A stretch of DNA of 63,914 nt, filler included, from Ministeria vibrans ATCC 50519 (Eukaryota; Protista; Filasterea): the NCBI GenBank assembly GCA_943704425.1. It is 11 parts of 11 records of this genome, joined end to end, with 100 filler letters (N's around TTAATTAATTAA, not from the genome) between each part and the next. Parts side by side here need not be neighbours in the genome. Positions count along the whole stretch, not along the records: positions 21,713 to 40,222 come from CALSCP010001265.1; positions 40,323 to 41,667 come from CALSCP010002579.1; positions 41,768 to 52,624 come from CALSCP010002346.1; 8 more parts are not named here. The stretch is one strand, 5' to 3'. Under the pieces are notes generated by a model. The model had not been told where the DNA came from and did no database searches. It saw nothing but the letters and a program-made list of their open reading frames with translations. Positions within the stretch are counted from its first letter, which is position 1, and each line of letters begins with the position of its first letter. Shown here one piece after another: positions 37,071 to 49,056 of this stretch. Made by a program: the position numbers and the translations under genes.

Positions 37071-38846
37071 AAAAATACCAGAGTGAGTGGATTGGGCAGC
37101 GCATCGCAGACTGAGCATTCCGGCTTCCACAATGAGTCCGTGCAGATCCGCAAAGGTGAATTTGCTAAGGAAAAGAAGAAGACGTAAAAAGGATTATTTT
37201 GGGAGTTTTTGGAACGTACTCTGTGTTTTCGGCTAATTGAGTGATAAAAAGGTCGGTGACATCGGATGCGACGCAAAGGGGAGTGTAAGCAGAGGAGTAA
37301 TTCGCAGTGAGACGCATTTGGAGAAGAGCGTGTCTGTCGGTGAGGGACGGGAGAGACAGCGCAATGTGCTACGAGTTACACATTGGGGTTAGGATTGCCA
37401 TTGGGAAGAGTGGATTGGTTTACATGTTCAAGACGTCCGGGTCTGAGAAGAGCGGAGTCGACAGTGGAAATGTCGGTGAGGGTGGCAATGACAAGAACAG
37501 GGCGGTCGGAGGAGGCCAGACCGTCAAGCTGGGTGAGGAGGAGGGTGAGAAGACGGTCGGAGGCACCGCGGGTGGAGGAGGATCGGGCAAGAGCAAGGGA
37601 GTCGCACTGGTCGATAAGGAGCAGAGAGGGCGCGACAGAACGGGCACGCTGGAAGACTCGTTCGAGCGACTGTGCGCCTGAGCCGACTTGTTTGGAGCGG
37701 AACTGAGTACCTGTGACACTGATGAGGGTCAGATGGCACTCGTGCGCAAGAGCACGGGCAAGATGAGTTTTGCCACAGCCGGTAGGGCCGGAGAAGACGA
37801 CGCCGCGCGGCGTGAGAAGGCGGGTGAAAGGAGCGTTGGGGGTAAGTGCAGTGCGCAACATGGGCGCACAAATGGCCTCTCGCAGGTGCGTGATGGTGGA
37901 AGACAGGCCAGCGACGGTGTCGAACCCTTGGCTTGTTGTTGTTGTTGTGGTTGTGGTAGTGGTGTCGGTGGTAAGAAGAAGTGAGGGACGCATGCCTGCG
38001 AGGGCCATGTTGAAGTGGCGTAGGTCGAGTGTAATGCTGTTATTGCCATCCTGTCTTGCTCCTGCTGCTGCTTGTAGCGCTGTAGTGCGGTAAAGACGAA
38101 CAAGATCTGCTGCAACGTAGCCGTGTGACTGACGCGCTGCGTGTTGAATTGTGTCTGGGGCGACAGACACGCGCGAGGCTCGATCACACAGCAGTTGCAG
38201 AACGTCTTGCCGTTCCCTAAACGACGGCGGTCGCAGCACGATGCGCTCCGAGAGACGCCCTACGCGCACCAGTTCGGGCGCAAGAGCCTCAATGCGACTG
38301 GTGACGCCCACAATGAGGACAGGCGACGTGCCAGCGAGTGCCTGGTCGATGGAAACCAGCAGTGCCTGTGCGAGATCAAAAATCCCATTGCGAGAGAGTG
38401 TGTCACTGTCGCTTGGCACATTTTATTATTATTATTATGATATTTGATACCTGATAGACGCGAAGTTCAACGGGAGTACACGTCTCAAAGGCGGCAATGC
38501 TGGCAATGGAGTCGATGTCGTCGAGGACAATCAGCTGCGCCGCCATCGACGGATGCGCTGCTCCCATCCCCAATGCTTTGCCTATCGCCTCCTCCGCAGC
38601 CCCTTCATCGCGTCGAAACGACTCGGCAAGACTCACTCGTCGAATGGCACGATCAATGACGCCGGCAGCGACGAGTTCGGCGGCACAGGCGTCGACGAGA
38701 GCGGATTTTCCCGTTCCCGGAAAACCACCCACTAGAATCGCCTGTCCTCGTCGTTGCGATCGAACGGCCGCGCGAACCAGCTGTCTAGCTGCATCTCCAA
38801 CGCCCGCGAGCCGTTTCAGCACAGCAAGGACGATTTCGTCTTCCAT
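36754..38846 (-). CDS. Double-ring AAA+ ATPase (Cdc48/AFG2/SPATA5-like) with degenerate Walker B motifs, multi-exon; last exon uncertain (ends 36823 or about 36754)
   Basis: Walker A GFPGTGKS and GPTGCGKT; HGYVAADL; DRLLTLLLTQLDG; VDSALLRPGRLE. Confidence 0.85.
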
Positions 38847-38969
38847 GGATCAAGCTGAAACTGTGAATAAGTTTGAACTTGAATCATAATAAATTATTAT
38901 TATGATCATTATGGATCATGGTTTGGACTTTGGAAATGGAGTTTCTTTTAGCACTTTCAGTTTCAGTTT

Positions 38970-39654
38970 TCATTGGTACACTTGTATCTTTTGGAGTGCC
39001 TGCAAGAGAGGCCCATAGGCAGTTTCGTTCCAGTGAACATTGAGCATGCCAAAGGTCTCTTCGGCGCCCTTAGTGCGGCCAGTCGCCTACGCAAATGCAA
39101 TCAATGACAAGAAGAACTTTACACTATGGTTCTCATACGGGCGCCTGAGTGCCGTCCAGAGCCCACCAGTTCCAATGGACCGGCGTCTTGGATCCCAAAT
39201 AGTCCATGAGACACACAAACCATTCTGATGAAACCCCCTTGTCGTCGTGCGTCGTCCCAAACTCGCCAATCCACACGGGGGCCAGTTGGCGCGTGTGGAT
39301 GAAACCCCAGTTGCTTTCCCAGGTATGGCGCAGACCGGTGCAGTTCTCTTTGTAGTCCCAGCTGTATGCGTGTGCCGAGTAGACCAGACGGTTCGCCTCG
39401 GACAGCTCAATGGGGTACTGTGCGACTGCGCCCAACTCCAAAGCGTAGTTGATACCCTCGACGATGATCAGCATGTGCGTGTTGACCGCCAGCACGCGCT
39501 CTGCACCCCGCATCGCTGCTGCCCGCCAGTCCACGCGCGGGTCGGGCGCTGCGCCGCCCCACACAGGCGACAGGTGAGATCCATTGACCACTGACGCGCG
39601 CAGCTACACACGCCAAAATGAGACAATCTTGTAGGATGTGTGTGTGTGTGTGTG

Positions 39655-39690
<36 letters not shown>

Positions 39691-39700
39691 ATGTCTTTGT

Positions 39701-39753
<53 letters not shown>

Positions 39754-40203
39754 ATGTCTTTGTGGTGTGTGTGTGTGTGTGCTCCCTATTGGCGGATGGT
39801 ACCTCGTTGCGCAGATCAAAGCCAATGACGTAGGGCTGTGAGGCGTAGCGTGATGCAATTTGGCCGAGCACGCCGAGCCAGTCGTCTTCGCTGTAAGTCG
39901 AGGTGTACCACAGCCCATTGCCGTCGGTGAGGCTGCAGCACCAGTCGGCATCACTGACATGGTTGTCCATCACGCTGGCAATGCCAGCGGTGGCAAAGGC
40001 CTCCACAATGTGATCTAAGACCTCAAGTGCGGTCCGCCCGGCCAAATGCGCGTTTGCCGTGACATCCTCGCGACGCACGACGGGGTCCCGCATGGCCATT
40101 TCAATGGAGAAGGGAATGCGCACGTGGTTGAAGCCGGACGCAGCCACATAGCCGACAATGGCGGCAAGAGGCGTGCGGTCAAGCCCCGCCACAACAAACG
40201 CCT
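38970..40203 (-). CDS. Glycoside hydrolase family 5 (cellulase-type, GH5_11-like), 5' end missing
   Basis: GFNHVRIPFS, DNHVSDADWCCS..DGNGLW, GFDLRNE|LR (acid/base Glu), LVYSAHAY, PVWIGEFG (nucleophile). Confidence 0.9.
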
Positions 40204-40322
40204 ACCGCACAACGCAAATAACNNNNNNNNNNNNNNNNNNNNNNNNNNNNNNNNNNNNNNNNNNNNTTAATTAATTAANNNNNNNNNNNNNNNNNNNNNN
40301 NNNNNNNNNNNNNNNNNNNNNN

Positions 40323-41667
40323 TGCGCTTCGCTGCAATGCCCTCCGCATCAAAGTGCCCCGCGCCAATGTACCCGTCCGCTCGCGCACGCAGCTCCGCCA
40401 CAGCCTCGCCCTGTGCGCCAATCTCCACCTCAACCGACTGATGCTTCTTGCGCAGATCCTGCGTGGCAATGAGGTCGTCGCCCAGCTCGGCCGCATCCAA
40501 CGCCGCCTGCGTCTCCTGCGTCCACTGCACTACCTCGTCAACTCCCGCTCGGAATGCCACGCAGTCCAGCGCGTCCTTCAACTTCGCCGTCTTGTCCGAC
40601 GACACCTCCAACAGCGCCGCATACGCCGCCGACACCTGCTCCACCTTGGCCGGCGCCTCCTCGCCAAATTGATTGCCCTCCACCACCCGAGCCCCAAAGT
40701 CCCCCACGGCCGTGACACGCGCTTTGTTCGCCACCACTTGCGAGTGGAAGTCTACGTGCGCCGTCTGCTTCAGGTCCAAGTTCGCCGGGTCACGGTACGA
40801 CTCGTCCGACGCAACCTTCATGCGATCCGCAATCCATCTCTTCGCCTCCTCCGCCAGACGTCCAAAATCTTGCACTTCGCAGCTGTCCTCCAGCTCTACG
40901 CCACGTGTCTTGCCCAGTGCAAGCATCGCGTCCCACCGTTCACGCACCTGCTCCGCCCGCTCCACAATCGCCGCCGCGTCGTAGTGTTCGTCCTCGTCCG
41001 CAAGCTTACGTGCCTCCTTCTCCAGGCTCGTCACCTTGCCCTCTTGCACTGGCACAGTCAGCATAAAGTCCTGGAACGCCTTGCGCAGCTGCTGTGCCTC
41101 TGCCGGACTCTCGCCAATGGCCGCCGTTGACAAAAACTCCTCGCCACGCTGCATCCATGTGTCCGCCGCCGCCGCATCACGATTGAACACATGTAGGCTG
41201 CGGCATTGTCCCAAGGCATGCTCGCGCGTGCGCCACGACCCAGTCAGCGTCGCCTCACCGTCGTCCAGCTCCTGAATCGCCTCCTCAATTTGCTCCGATG
41301 CAAAGTGCTGATGCGCGACTAGTTCCCCGCCAGTACGTCGCACACTCTCCACGTTCACCAGGTGCGAGTCGATACCCGACTTGTACTCGATATGCTCCCC
41401 TTGCATTGCTTCGCATGTCGTCAGATCGGCCGCCAAGGTCTGCGAGCACAGGTGCTCGTCCATGCGTCGCAACGTCGCCATACATGCGCGCTGGTCCCGC
41501 ATAAACGACTCGAGGTCAAGCGAGTCCTTGAGCTTGCTACCCCGCACATTCGTGGCCGTCTGCAGCGCCGCCAAGCGCGTCTGCAACTCCTCGTCGTGAT
41601 CGCGCACCACAGAAGCACTCCCAGGCTTGCTCGACGCCAGCTCCGATGCCGTGTTCGCCAGCTCGCC
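40323..41667 (-). CDS. Spectrin-repeat protein fragment (beta-heavy/alpha-spectrin-like), intronless here
   Basis: About four ~106-aa repeats: FNRDAAAADTWM, DESYRDPANLDLKQTAH, LGDDLIATQDLRKKH, GHFDAEGI. Confidence 0.9.
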
Positions 41668-41767
41668 NNNNNNNNNNNNNNNNNNNNNNNNNNNNNNNNN
41701 NNNNNNNNNNNTTAATTAATTAANNNNNNNNNNNNNNNNNNNNNNNNNNNNNNNNNNNNNNNNNNNN

Positions 41768-41814
<47 letters not shown>

Positions 41815-41989
41815 AAGAAACAAAATGATAGAGGGAGAGGAGAAAGAAACAAAATGATAGAGAGAGAGAGAGGAGAAAGAAACAAAGTGATAGAGAGAGA
41901 AGAGAGGGCAAGAAACAAATTGAGAGTGTGAGTTGGGGATGAATGCCACTAAGTCGTCAATGGGTACCCATCTTCTTGACCATGGTAGG

Positions 41990-43410
41990 ATAACCCTGGC
42001 GCATCAGTCGACGCGCTTCCTCCTCACCATCCGCTGACTCGCTCATCTTAAACGTCAACGACGACTCGCTGAACGAAACCAATAAGAAAAGAAGAACAAA
42101 AGAAACACACATGTTAAAAAATTGAGCGTGAAGGAATGAAAAACAAAAAAAAAGCAAAAGCGAGAGCAAGTGAGTGAGTGAATGTATATGACGCACCGGA
42201 ATCGCAGATTCTCGGTGGGCACAAAGCCATCAAGGAAGATGTTGATGCCATCACGGACACCAAAGGGCATGGTCACGACACCGTAGGCACCGGGCGAGCC
42301 GTACAACACGCACACAAAGTCAGAGAGGTAGTCAAGAACCTGGAGAAGGAAAGTGCAGAGCGGTGTGTTGAGTGATAGGGAGGACAAGAGAGGAATTTGA
42401 GAATGGTTACGCTAAGATCGTGCTCAACGACAATGATGTAGGTTTGGGCCTCGATGAGCGAGCGGATGACGCGCGCTGCCTTGAGACGCTGCTTCACATC
42501 AAGATACGACGACGGCTCGTCAAACATGTACACGTCCGCTTTCTGCGCAACAAAGAAGAAGAACAAATAGAGTGAGTGGAAACAAAAGAGTCAGAATGAA
42601 AGACACACTTTTATAAGACACGCACAAACACATCGGTGTTGAAATGTAATGAATACCTGAACGGAGACAACACAAATGGCAAAGCGCTGAAGCTCACCAC
42701 CCGAAAGCTCACCAATGGAGCGAGTGCGCACATTCTCCAGCTCGAGAGCGATAGAAAGCTCGTCGATTGCACCGCGCGTGTCCTTTGACTTGAGCAGCTC
42801 GTCCACTGTGCCTTTAATTGCCCTGGGCAGGTTGTCAACGTACTGCGGCTTTACGGCCGTCTAATAATAGAGACGGTGTACGGGTGAGAAATGTACGAAT
42901 GAATGAGCGACTGGAGTGAAACACGAAATTACCTTGAGATTGTCTTCGAGCACTTTGGTGAAGTAATTTTGCAATTCGGAGCCGCGGAAGTATTGCAAGA
43001 TCTCTTGCCAGTCCGGAGGGTCCTAAAATACACCAATGGAGGTTATTCTTATTTCTGCCAGATTATTTTTTCAACGGGCGTGTACGTCGAATCGGCCAAG
43101 GTTTGGCTTGAGTTTGCCTGCGAGGATTTTGAGCGCCGTCGACTTGCCAATGCCGTTGGTGCCGACCAATCCAAGGACCTGACCGGGACGGGGCATGGGA
43201 AGACGATGAAGTTTGAAAGAGTTGGCAGAGTAGCGGTGTGTGACGGAGGTGGACAGGTCCTTGGGCAGATTGATGATGGTGATGGCCTCAAAGGGACACT
43301 TTTTCACACAGATGCCACATCCAATGCACAGTTCTTCCGAGATCCATGCCAGCTACACAGTATGTATGTGTGAGTGTGAGCGAGAGTATATATATATATA
43401 TATATATGTT

Positions 43411-43446
<36 letters not shown>

Positions 43447-44028
43447 TGAAGGGGTCCACACAGAATCGGTCACAAATGGGCTTATTCTGCGTGACTGCGT
43501 CAGTGGAAAGGGGAATGTTAAACCTTCGAATCAAGGCAAAGATGGGCATACGACGCATGGGGATTGAAGAGTCAAAGAGAACGAGCGGCAGAAGAGACAA
43601 GCAGACGATGATGGTTTCGCAATAGAGTGAGTTCCCCTCCTACGGCGTGTTGCTTGTAGCGCACATGGTATCGCACGCCAACCAAACGGTCTAGCGGTGC
43701 TCAGGAGTCCTCGCGAGCAGACGCGCGCCACGGTAAAGCGAAACACAGAGAGTGGATCACCAAAAAAAAAAGCAAGCATGCGCCAGAAGCAACGAAGCGA
43801 CAAAAGGGCCAACGAGCGGCTTCACCGTGTCGAGCGCGCCTCTCGTCGGCTGGCGGGGGCAGCGTGGCGGGCACAGCGAGCCCGGCGTACCTTGGACTTG
43901 GGCGTGACTTCAATGCACAGCTTCCCCATTCGCACAACGGGACACATTCGCTTGCATTCTCGCTGGCATTTCTTTGGTTGGCACCGATCCGGATTAAGGA
44001 TGGCAATACGCGTCAGCTTGTCAGCCAT
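41990..44028 (-). CDS. ABCE1: ABCE1/Rli1 ribosome recycling ATPase, 5' part, multi-exon
   Basis: [64 protein letters not shown]. Confidence 0.97.
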
Positions 44029-44177
44029 GGTGCAAAATTTTCTAGTCAATTATGTGATTTGAGATTTCTGTCCGTAGTAATGAAATATGTAAAGACCATT
44101 CTCGTGATCTAATGCAGAGTCTGAATTCTGAATTTCTGAGATAGAAATTAGCCTTATTCTTGACCCTGTAGTCCACG

Positions 44178-45190
44178 ATGAGCCTACATGCTGAGAGGCC
44201 CGCTGTCACTGTGACCAAGGATGGGGGCGTACGTGTGGGACACATCATTGCGAATTCAGCTCACTCATTCTCTGCGATGACTTGTAGGGTCTCTCGACCG
44301 TCACCATTGTGGGCATTGTAACAAACGTCTTGTCAACGGTCGGCCTGGTCATGGCCAACAAGTATCTGTACGGCGTCATGCTGTTTCACTGCATGATTCT
44401 GCTCACTGGGGTGCACTTTGCCACCACAAGCATTTGTATGCACGTTATGCGGCTGCGAGGCGCCTTTACCTACGAGCATCGGCCGCTCCTGAAGGTGCTG
44501 CCTGTGGCGCTGGGCAGCATTGGCAGCGTGGCTTTTGGCAACCTGTCGCTTGCGTACAATTCCGTGGGCTTTTATCAACTGTCAAAACTCGCAACGATTC
44601 CCATCACCATTCTCGCCGAATATATCATGTACGAGCGCACGGTGAGTCGAAAGATCATTGCCTGCATTGTAGTCCTTCTCTTTGGCATTGGTCTGACCAC
44701 TTCGGCCGACGTCACTGTCAATCTTGTCGGCACTGTCTTTTCGGCACTCCAAGTCCTGTCAACTGTCTTAGCACAGATTTTTACCAAATCCATGCAAGTC
44801 GGCGGCCTCTCGTCCCTCCAGCTACTCTACCTTTCCGCTCCTCTACAGGCACTCGGCTGCTTTATCATCATGCCCATCTTCGACAACATGGACCTGTGGA
44901 ATCTCTCCAGCTTCTACGCCGACAACTTCAGCGGCGAGTACACCATCCCGATCATTCTGTTGACGTGCACCTTCGCCGTAGGCAACAACGTCTCCAACTT
45001 CCTGATCATTGGCAAGACCAGTCCCGTCACCTTCCAAGTGATTGGGCACTTCAAGACGTGCCTCATTCTCACTCTCGGCTTTGTCATCTTCCACTACATC
45101 ATCGACGCTAAGACTGTCACTGGTATTCTTTTTGCCATGACCGGTGTCATCGCGTATGGCGAGGTCAAGAGACGAGCCGCGTTGTCTTGA
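44178..45190 (+). CDS. Nucleotide-sugar transporter, TPT family (SLC35E3/UXT-like)
   Basis: NVLSTVGLVMANK, NLSLAYNSVGFYQLSKL, IIGKTSPVTFQVIGHFKTCLIL; one 5' intron. Confidence 0.88.
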
Positions 45191-45219
45191 AAAGAAGGGA
45201 GGGTCGAGCGAGAAACACA

Positions 45220-45317
<98 letters not shown>

Positions 45318-45467
45318 AGAATAATTAAGTATATTGATCAAGAGGTGCTCGCGTTGAGCGAGTATTATTGTACGAGTGACTGAGCAATAAAGAAAATTGA
45401 GAAAAAAAAAAAACGAATGCATTTCGATGATACCACCCAAACAAGTAATTACGTAAATGAGATATGG

Positions 45468-45957
45468 TCACGAGCTGGAGGCCGTGGCGTCGGTGCGCCC
45501 GTGGGCGCGCGCAAGAGCCTGTTCGCGCCAGGCAAGGTACACGGGAGCGGTGATGAAGGGAGCGACGACAAGGGCGGCGACGGTGCGGAAGGCGGTGGAC
45601 GGGGCGCGCACACGCAAGTCATCGAGCGCAAAGACAGCCATGAAGAGCACAATTAGGGCACTGTGGAAAAGGTGAAGGGCAAAGGGAGCACCTGAGACGT
45701 AGCCGGCGGCCAGAAACGCCGACAGCGAACTATACACGCGTATACACCACATGATGAGGGCCGAGGCGAGAGTGGCATTGGCGCCGATGGTGAAGCCAAA
45801 CATGACCATGGCAATGAGCGCCACGTTGAACTCGGCACGCATGCCATGGGCCGGCGCGGTAGTGGACGACGTGACAGTGGTGCTGGAGGTGTTGTGGGTG
45901 TCCAGGCTGCCGCTGCCACTGTACATTTGCAATTGATTGCGCTTCTCGTCTCGCCCT

Positions 45958-46002
<45 letters not shown>

Positions 46003-48842
46003 CATACACACACATACACACACACAGGAAATGGCCGAGATACAATGAGAAGACTTTAGATGATTCCATACACAACTCGTTCAAATTGCACAGTCGTGGT
46101 CGTACGGATGAGAAGACGACTGAGCAGAGGGTAGAGCAAGGGCATGGCAACGGCGGCAACGGCTGCAATGTAGACGGGTGGGAGTGCGCGCACCGGCATG
46201 GACGCGATTGCGGCTGTGTTGACGATGGAGATGCAAAAGGCCAACGACACATGACCGAGCGTTGGACTGGCAATGTTCTCGCGGGGACGCACACGGCCCA
46301 CCACAGTTTCGCCTGCACTCACAACGACAGATGTGGAGCCTTGAGCACTATCATTCTCTGCGTCTGACACAAGAGAGTGGCGCCAGAGGACGTACGGCGC
46401 AGTGACACAAGTACCAACAACGCTGGAAAGAAGCACCTGGAGTGCACCTCGCGAGGACGTGCGATGCTCGCGACCTCGTTCGAGCACAAAAAACATGCAT
46501 ACCAGTGACGAAAGAGCCGCGGAGAAACACCAGGCGGTCGCGGCGGCCGTGTTCTGCACGGAACTGTCAATGTAGGCACGGAAGAGACAGCCCACAATGT
46601 TGAGGGTCGCATCCATGCCTAGACTGTTGCTTTGCTGTGCACACTCATGCAATTGATGCGGCACCCACATGGACACTATAATACTTGAGCCCAGCAGTGC
46701 AATGGCGGCCAGTAGTAAATACGCATTGGCAAAGGTGATCAGGGCCGCGCACGACCACTTTGCCTTGCTCTTCTCCGTCTCCTGCGCGATCGTGGGCCCA
46801 ACCGTCGTTTCAGCGTCACTGTCCCCCAGCTCGAGTGTCTTGCGGCTCTTGTTGTGCGACAGACCAAACTTGACTGCCAAATATGCGCTCTGGAAACAAA
46901 AAAAAACAAAAAAGAGTTTTCAAGCGCAAGTGAGAAGAAGCGCGTGAAACAAAAAGAGAAGAAGAGAAATGCGAGCCCGTACTCGAAGTGTGCGACGAGC
47001 ATTGAACTTTTTGATTTCGGAGTGGACCGTTGCCATGTGTTCCTGGCTCAGTTCGTGTTCTTGGGCAAAGAAGTCGTGCGTGAGGAGCGTCTCGGCGGAC
47101 TCGCGTTGGGTAGGATCGCGCGTGAGAAGCGCCGTAAGCAGCGCACGAGCCTTCTGGTTGACGCCCTTCCATTTGTCAGGCGGGTAGGGAATGGGATCAA
47201 CGCAGATTTTTCGGGTGAGAGTGGTGCGGTCGCGGCTCTGAAAGGGTGCACAACCTGACAGAAGAATGTACATGATGACGCCACAGGCCCACTCGTCAAT
47301 TTTGAAGTTGTAGTCGTGTCCGCTGATAAGTTCTATATTGCAGAGGCAGAGAATGTGCACGGTGCAAATGAGTGACACAATGCCCAAGTGAGTAGGTAAG
47401 ACATACCCGGAGCCATGTAGGAGGGAGTGCCACAGATAGTGTTAGGATAGAGAGGGTAGCGGTCACTGTACGACAGACCAAAGTCGCACACTTTGATGTT
47501 GATGGTGTCAGGATGTTGCGACGCCTGAAGCAGAATGTTCTCGGGCTTGATATCTAAAAGGAGTGTGTTAGCGTCCAGCTGACCATTATGTGGCCATCGC
47601 TTTGGTTCTTGTCGTTTCGTCTCTCATTTTGCCTATTTGTCACTTTGTCTCTATCTCTTTCTATCACTTAGTATCAATCTCTTTCTATCACTCTCTCTCA
47701 CACACTCTCTCTCTCATATCTCTTCATCACAATCTCTTTCTGTCTCTCTCTCTCTCTCTCTCTGCATCAATGTCCATTCGTGCACGTACCTCGGTGCACC
47801 ACCTTGAGCAGATGCAGATAGGAGACGGCATCGAGCAATTGGTAAACGATTTGCGACGCATGTACCTCTGTGAAGCTGGCGCGTCGCGAGATTTCGTCGA
47901 ACAGATCGCCACCCGTAAGGCTGGGAAAAAGCAAAACAAGAAAGAAGAGTGAGTTAACGTTGCGTCCAATTCCCTCTCTTTCCCTTCGCCTGCCATTATG
48001 TGTAATGCTCTTACAGCTCCATGACAATGTAGTAGTGATCGTCGTCGCGAAATACGTCGTTGAGGAGAACAATATTGGGATGGTGCAGGGATCGTTGGAT
48101 GAGCACTTCGGTGGCAAAGTTACTCTTCTTCAGCAGACGCGACGCAGTGATCGCCTTGAGGGCAAACGTCTTGTTGTTGGACAGCTTGACGACGCGGTGA
48201 ACATAGCCAAACCCACCGCGACCGATGCGCTCGAGCACATCATACTCTTGTGCCGGGTCGCACAACGGACAAAGCGACTCAAAGTCCCGCAACGCCTGCG
48301 AATCGTGCTCCTGGTCCTTGTGCACCAATCCTTCGCTACCACCCGCAGTCGCTACCTTGCTGGGAGTCTTGGCGGCAACGCCAATGAAGGAATAGCTAAC
48401 GACAAGCTCGCCCGTCCCCACCGGCTGCAGTTGCAGCACCTCCTGGCGCACCACGCCATTCGAATTGGCAATTTTGCTCAAGGAGAGGCTTGTCGAGCCA
48501 AGACTGTCGTCTGCCTTCCAGAAATCCCGGTCTTTGACCAGCAGTTGGATCACAGCGCAATTGTCGAGCACAATCGCCTAAAGGTATTTTTTTTTTTTAA
48601 AAATAAGAGTTCCTTTCACGATCATATTGTCAAGGCACCTGACGCGTTGACCACTTGGGTGATGTGGTGCTCTTGCAGGGGCGCGTCTTCCACTTCTTGA
48701 CGCCGTCGACGAGGACGGTGCAGTAGGGATTGGGGGCACTGCCGGCCACGGACGCATCGACGACATGCTGCTTGGGCTGGGGGCCTTTTGGATTCAGGTT
48801 TGCACTGACGATGGTCAGGAGTAGGTTCCCAGTCAGTTGCAT
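45468..48842 (-). CDS. C2 domain - CaMK-family kinase - calmodulin-binding helix - multi-pass membrane domain fusion, seven exons
   Basis: C2 (PNPYCTV..KT..SPKW..VKDRD..DDSLG); GRGGFG, ALK, HRDIKPEN, DFG, CGTPSYMAPE; KKFNARRTLR|SAYLAVK; introns 46890-46982 and 45956-46105 keep frame into the TM exons. Confidence 0.8.
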
Positions 48843-49056
48843 GATCAAATGAGAAATCAATGAGTGAATAGAGTCATTAGTGATTAGAGTGTGACTTGAG
48901 TGCGGTTCAATTATGTTTCAGTTTCCTATTATAAACTATGATAATGAATAGCGTTACGTCCTTGTTGTGTCCCTTCAACAAATATGTGTCGTAAAGTCGT
49001 GCCACTGTATTCATGCCAATAAAGAGAAAAAAAATGTTATACATACACTAACTTTT

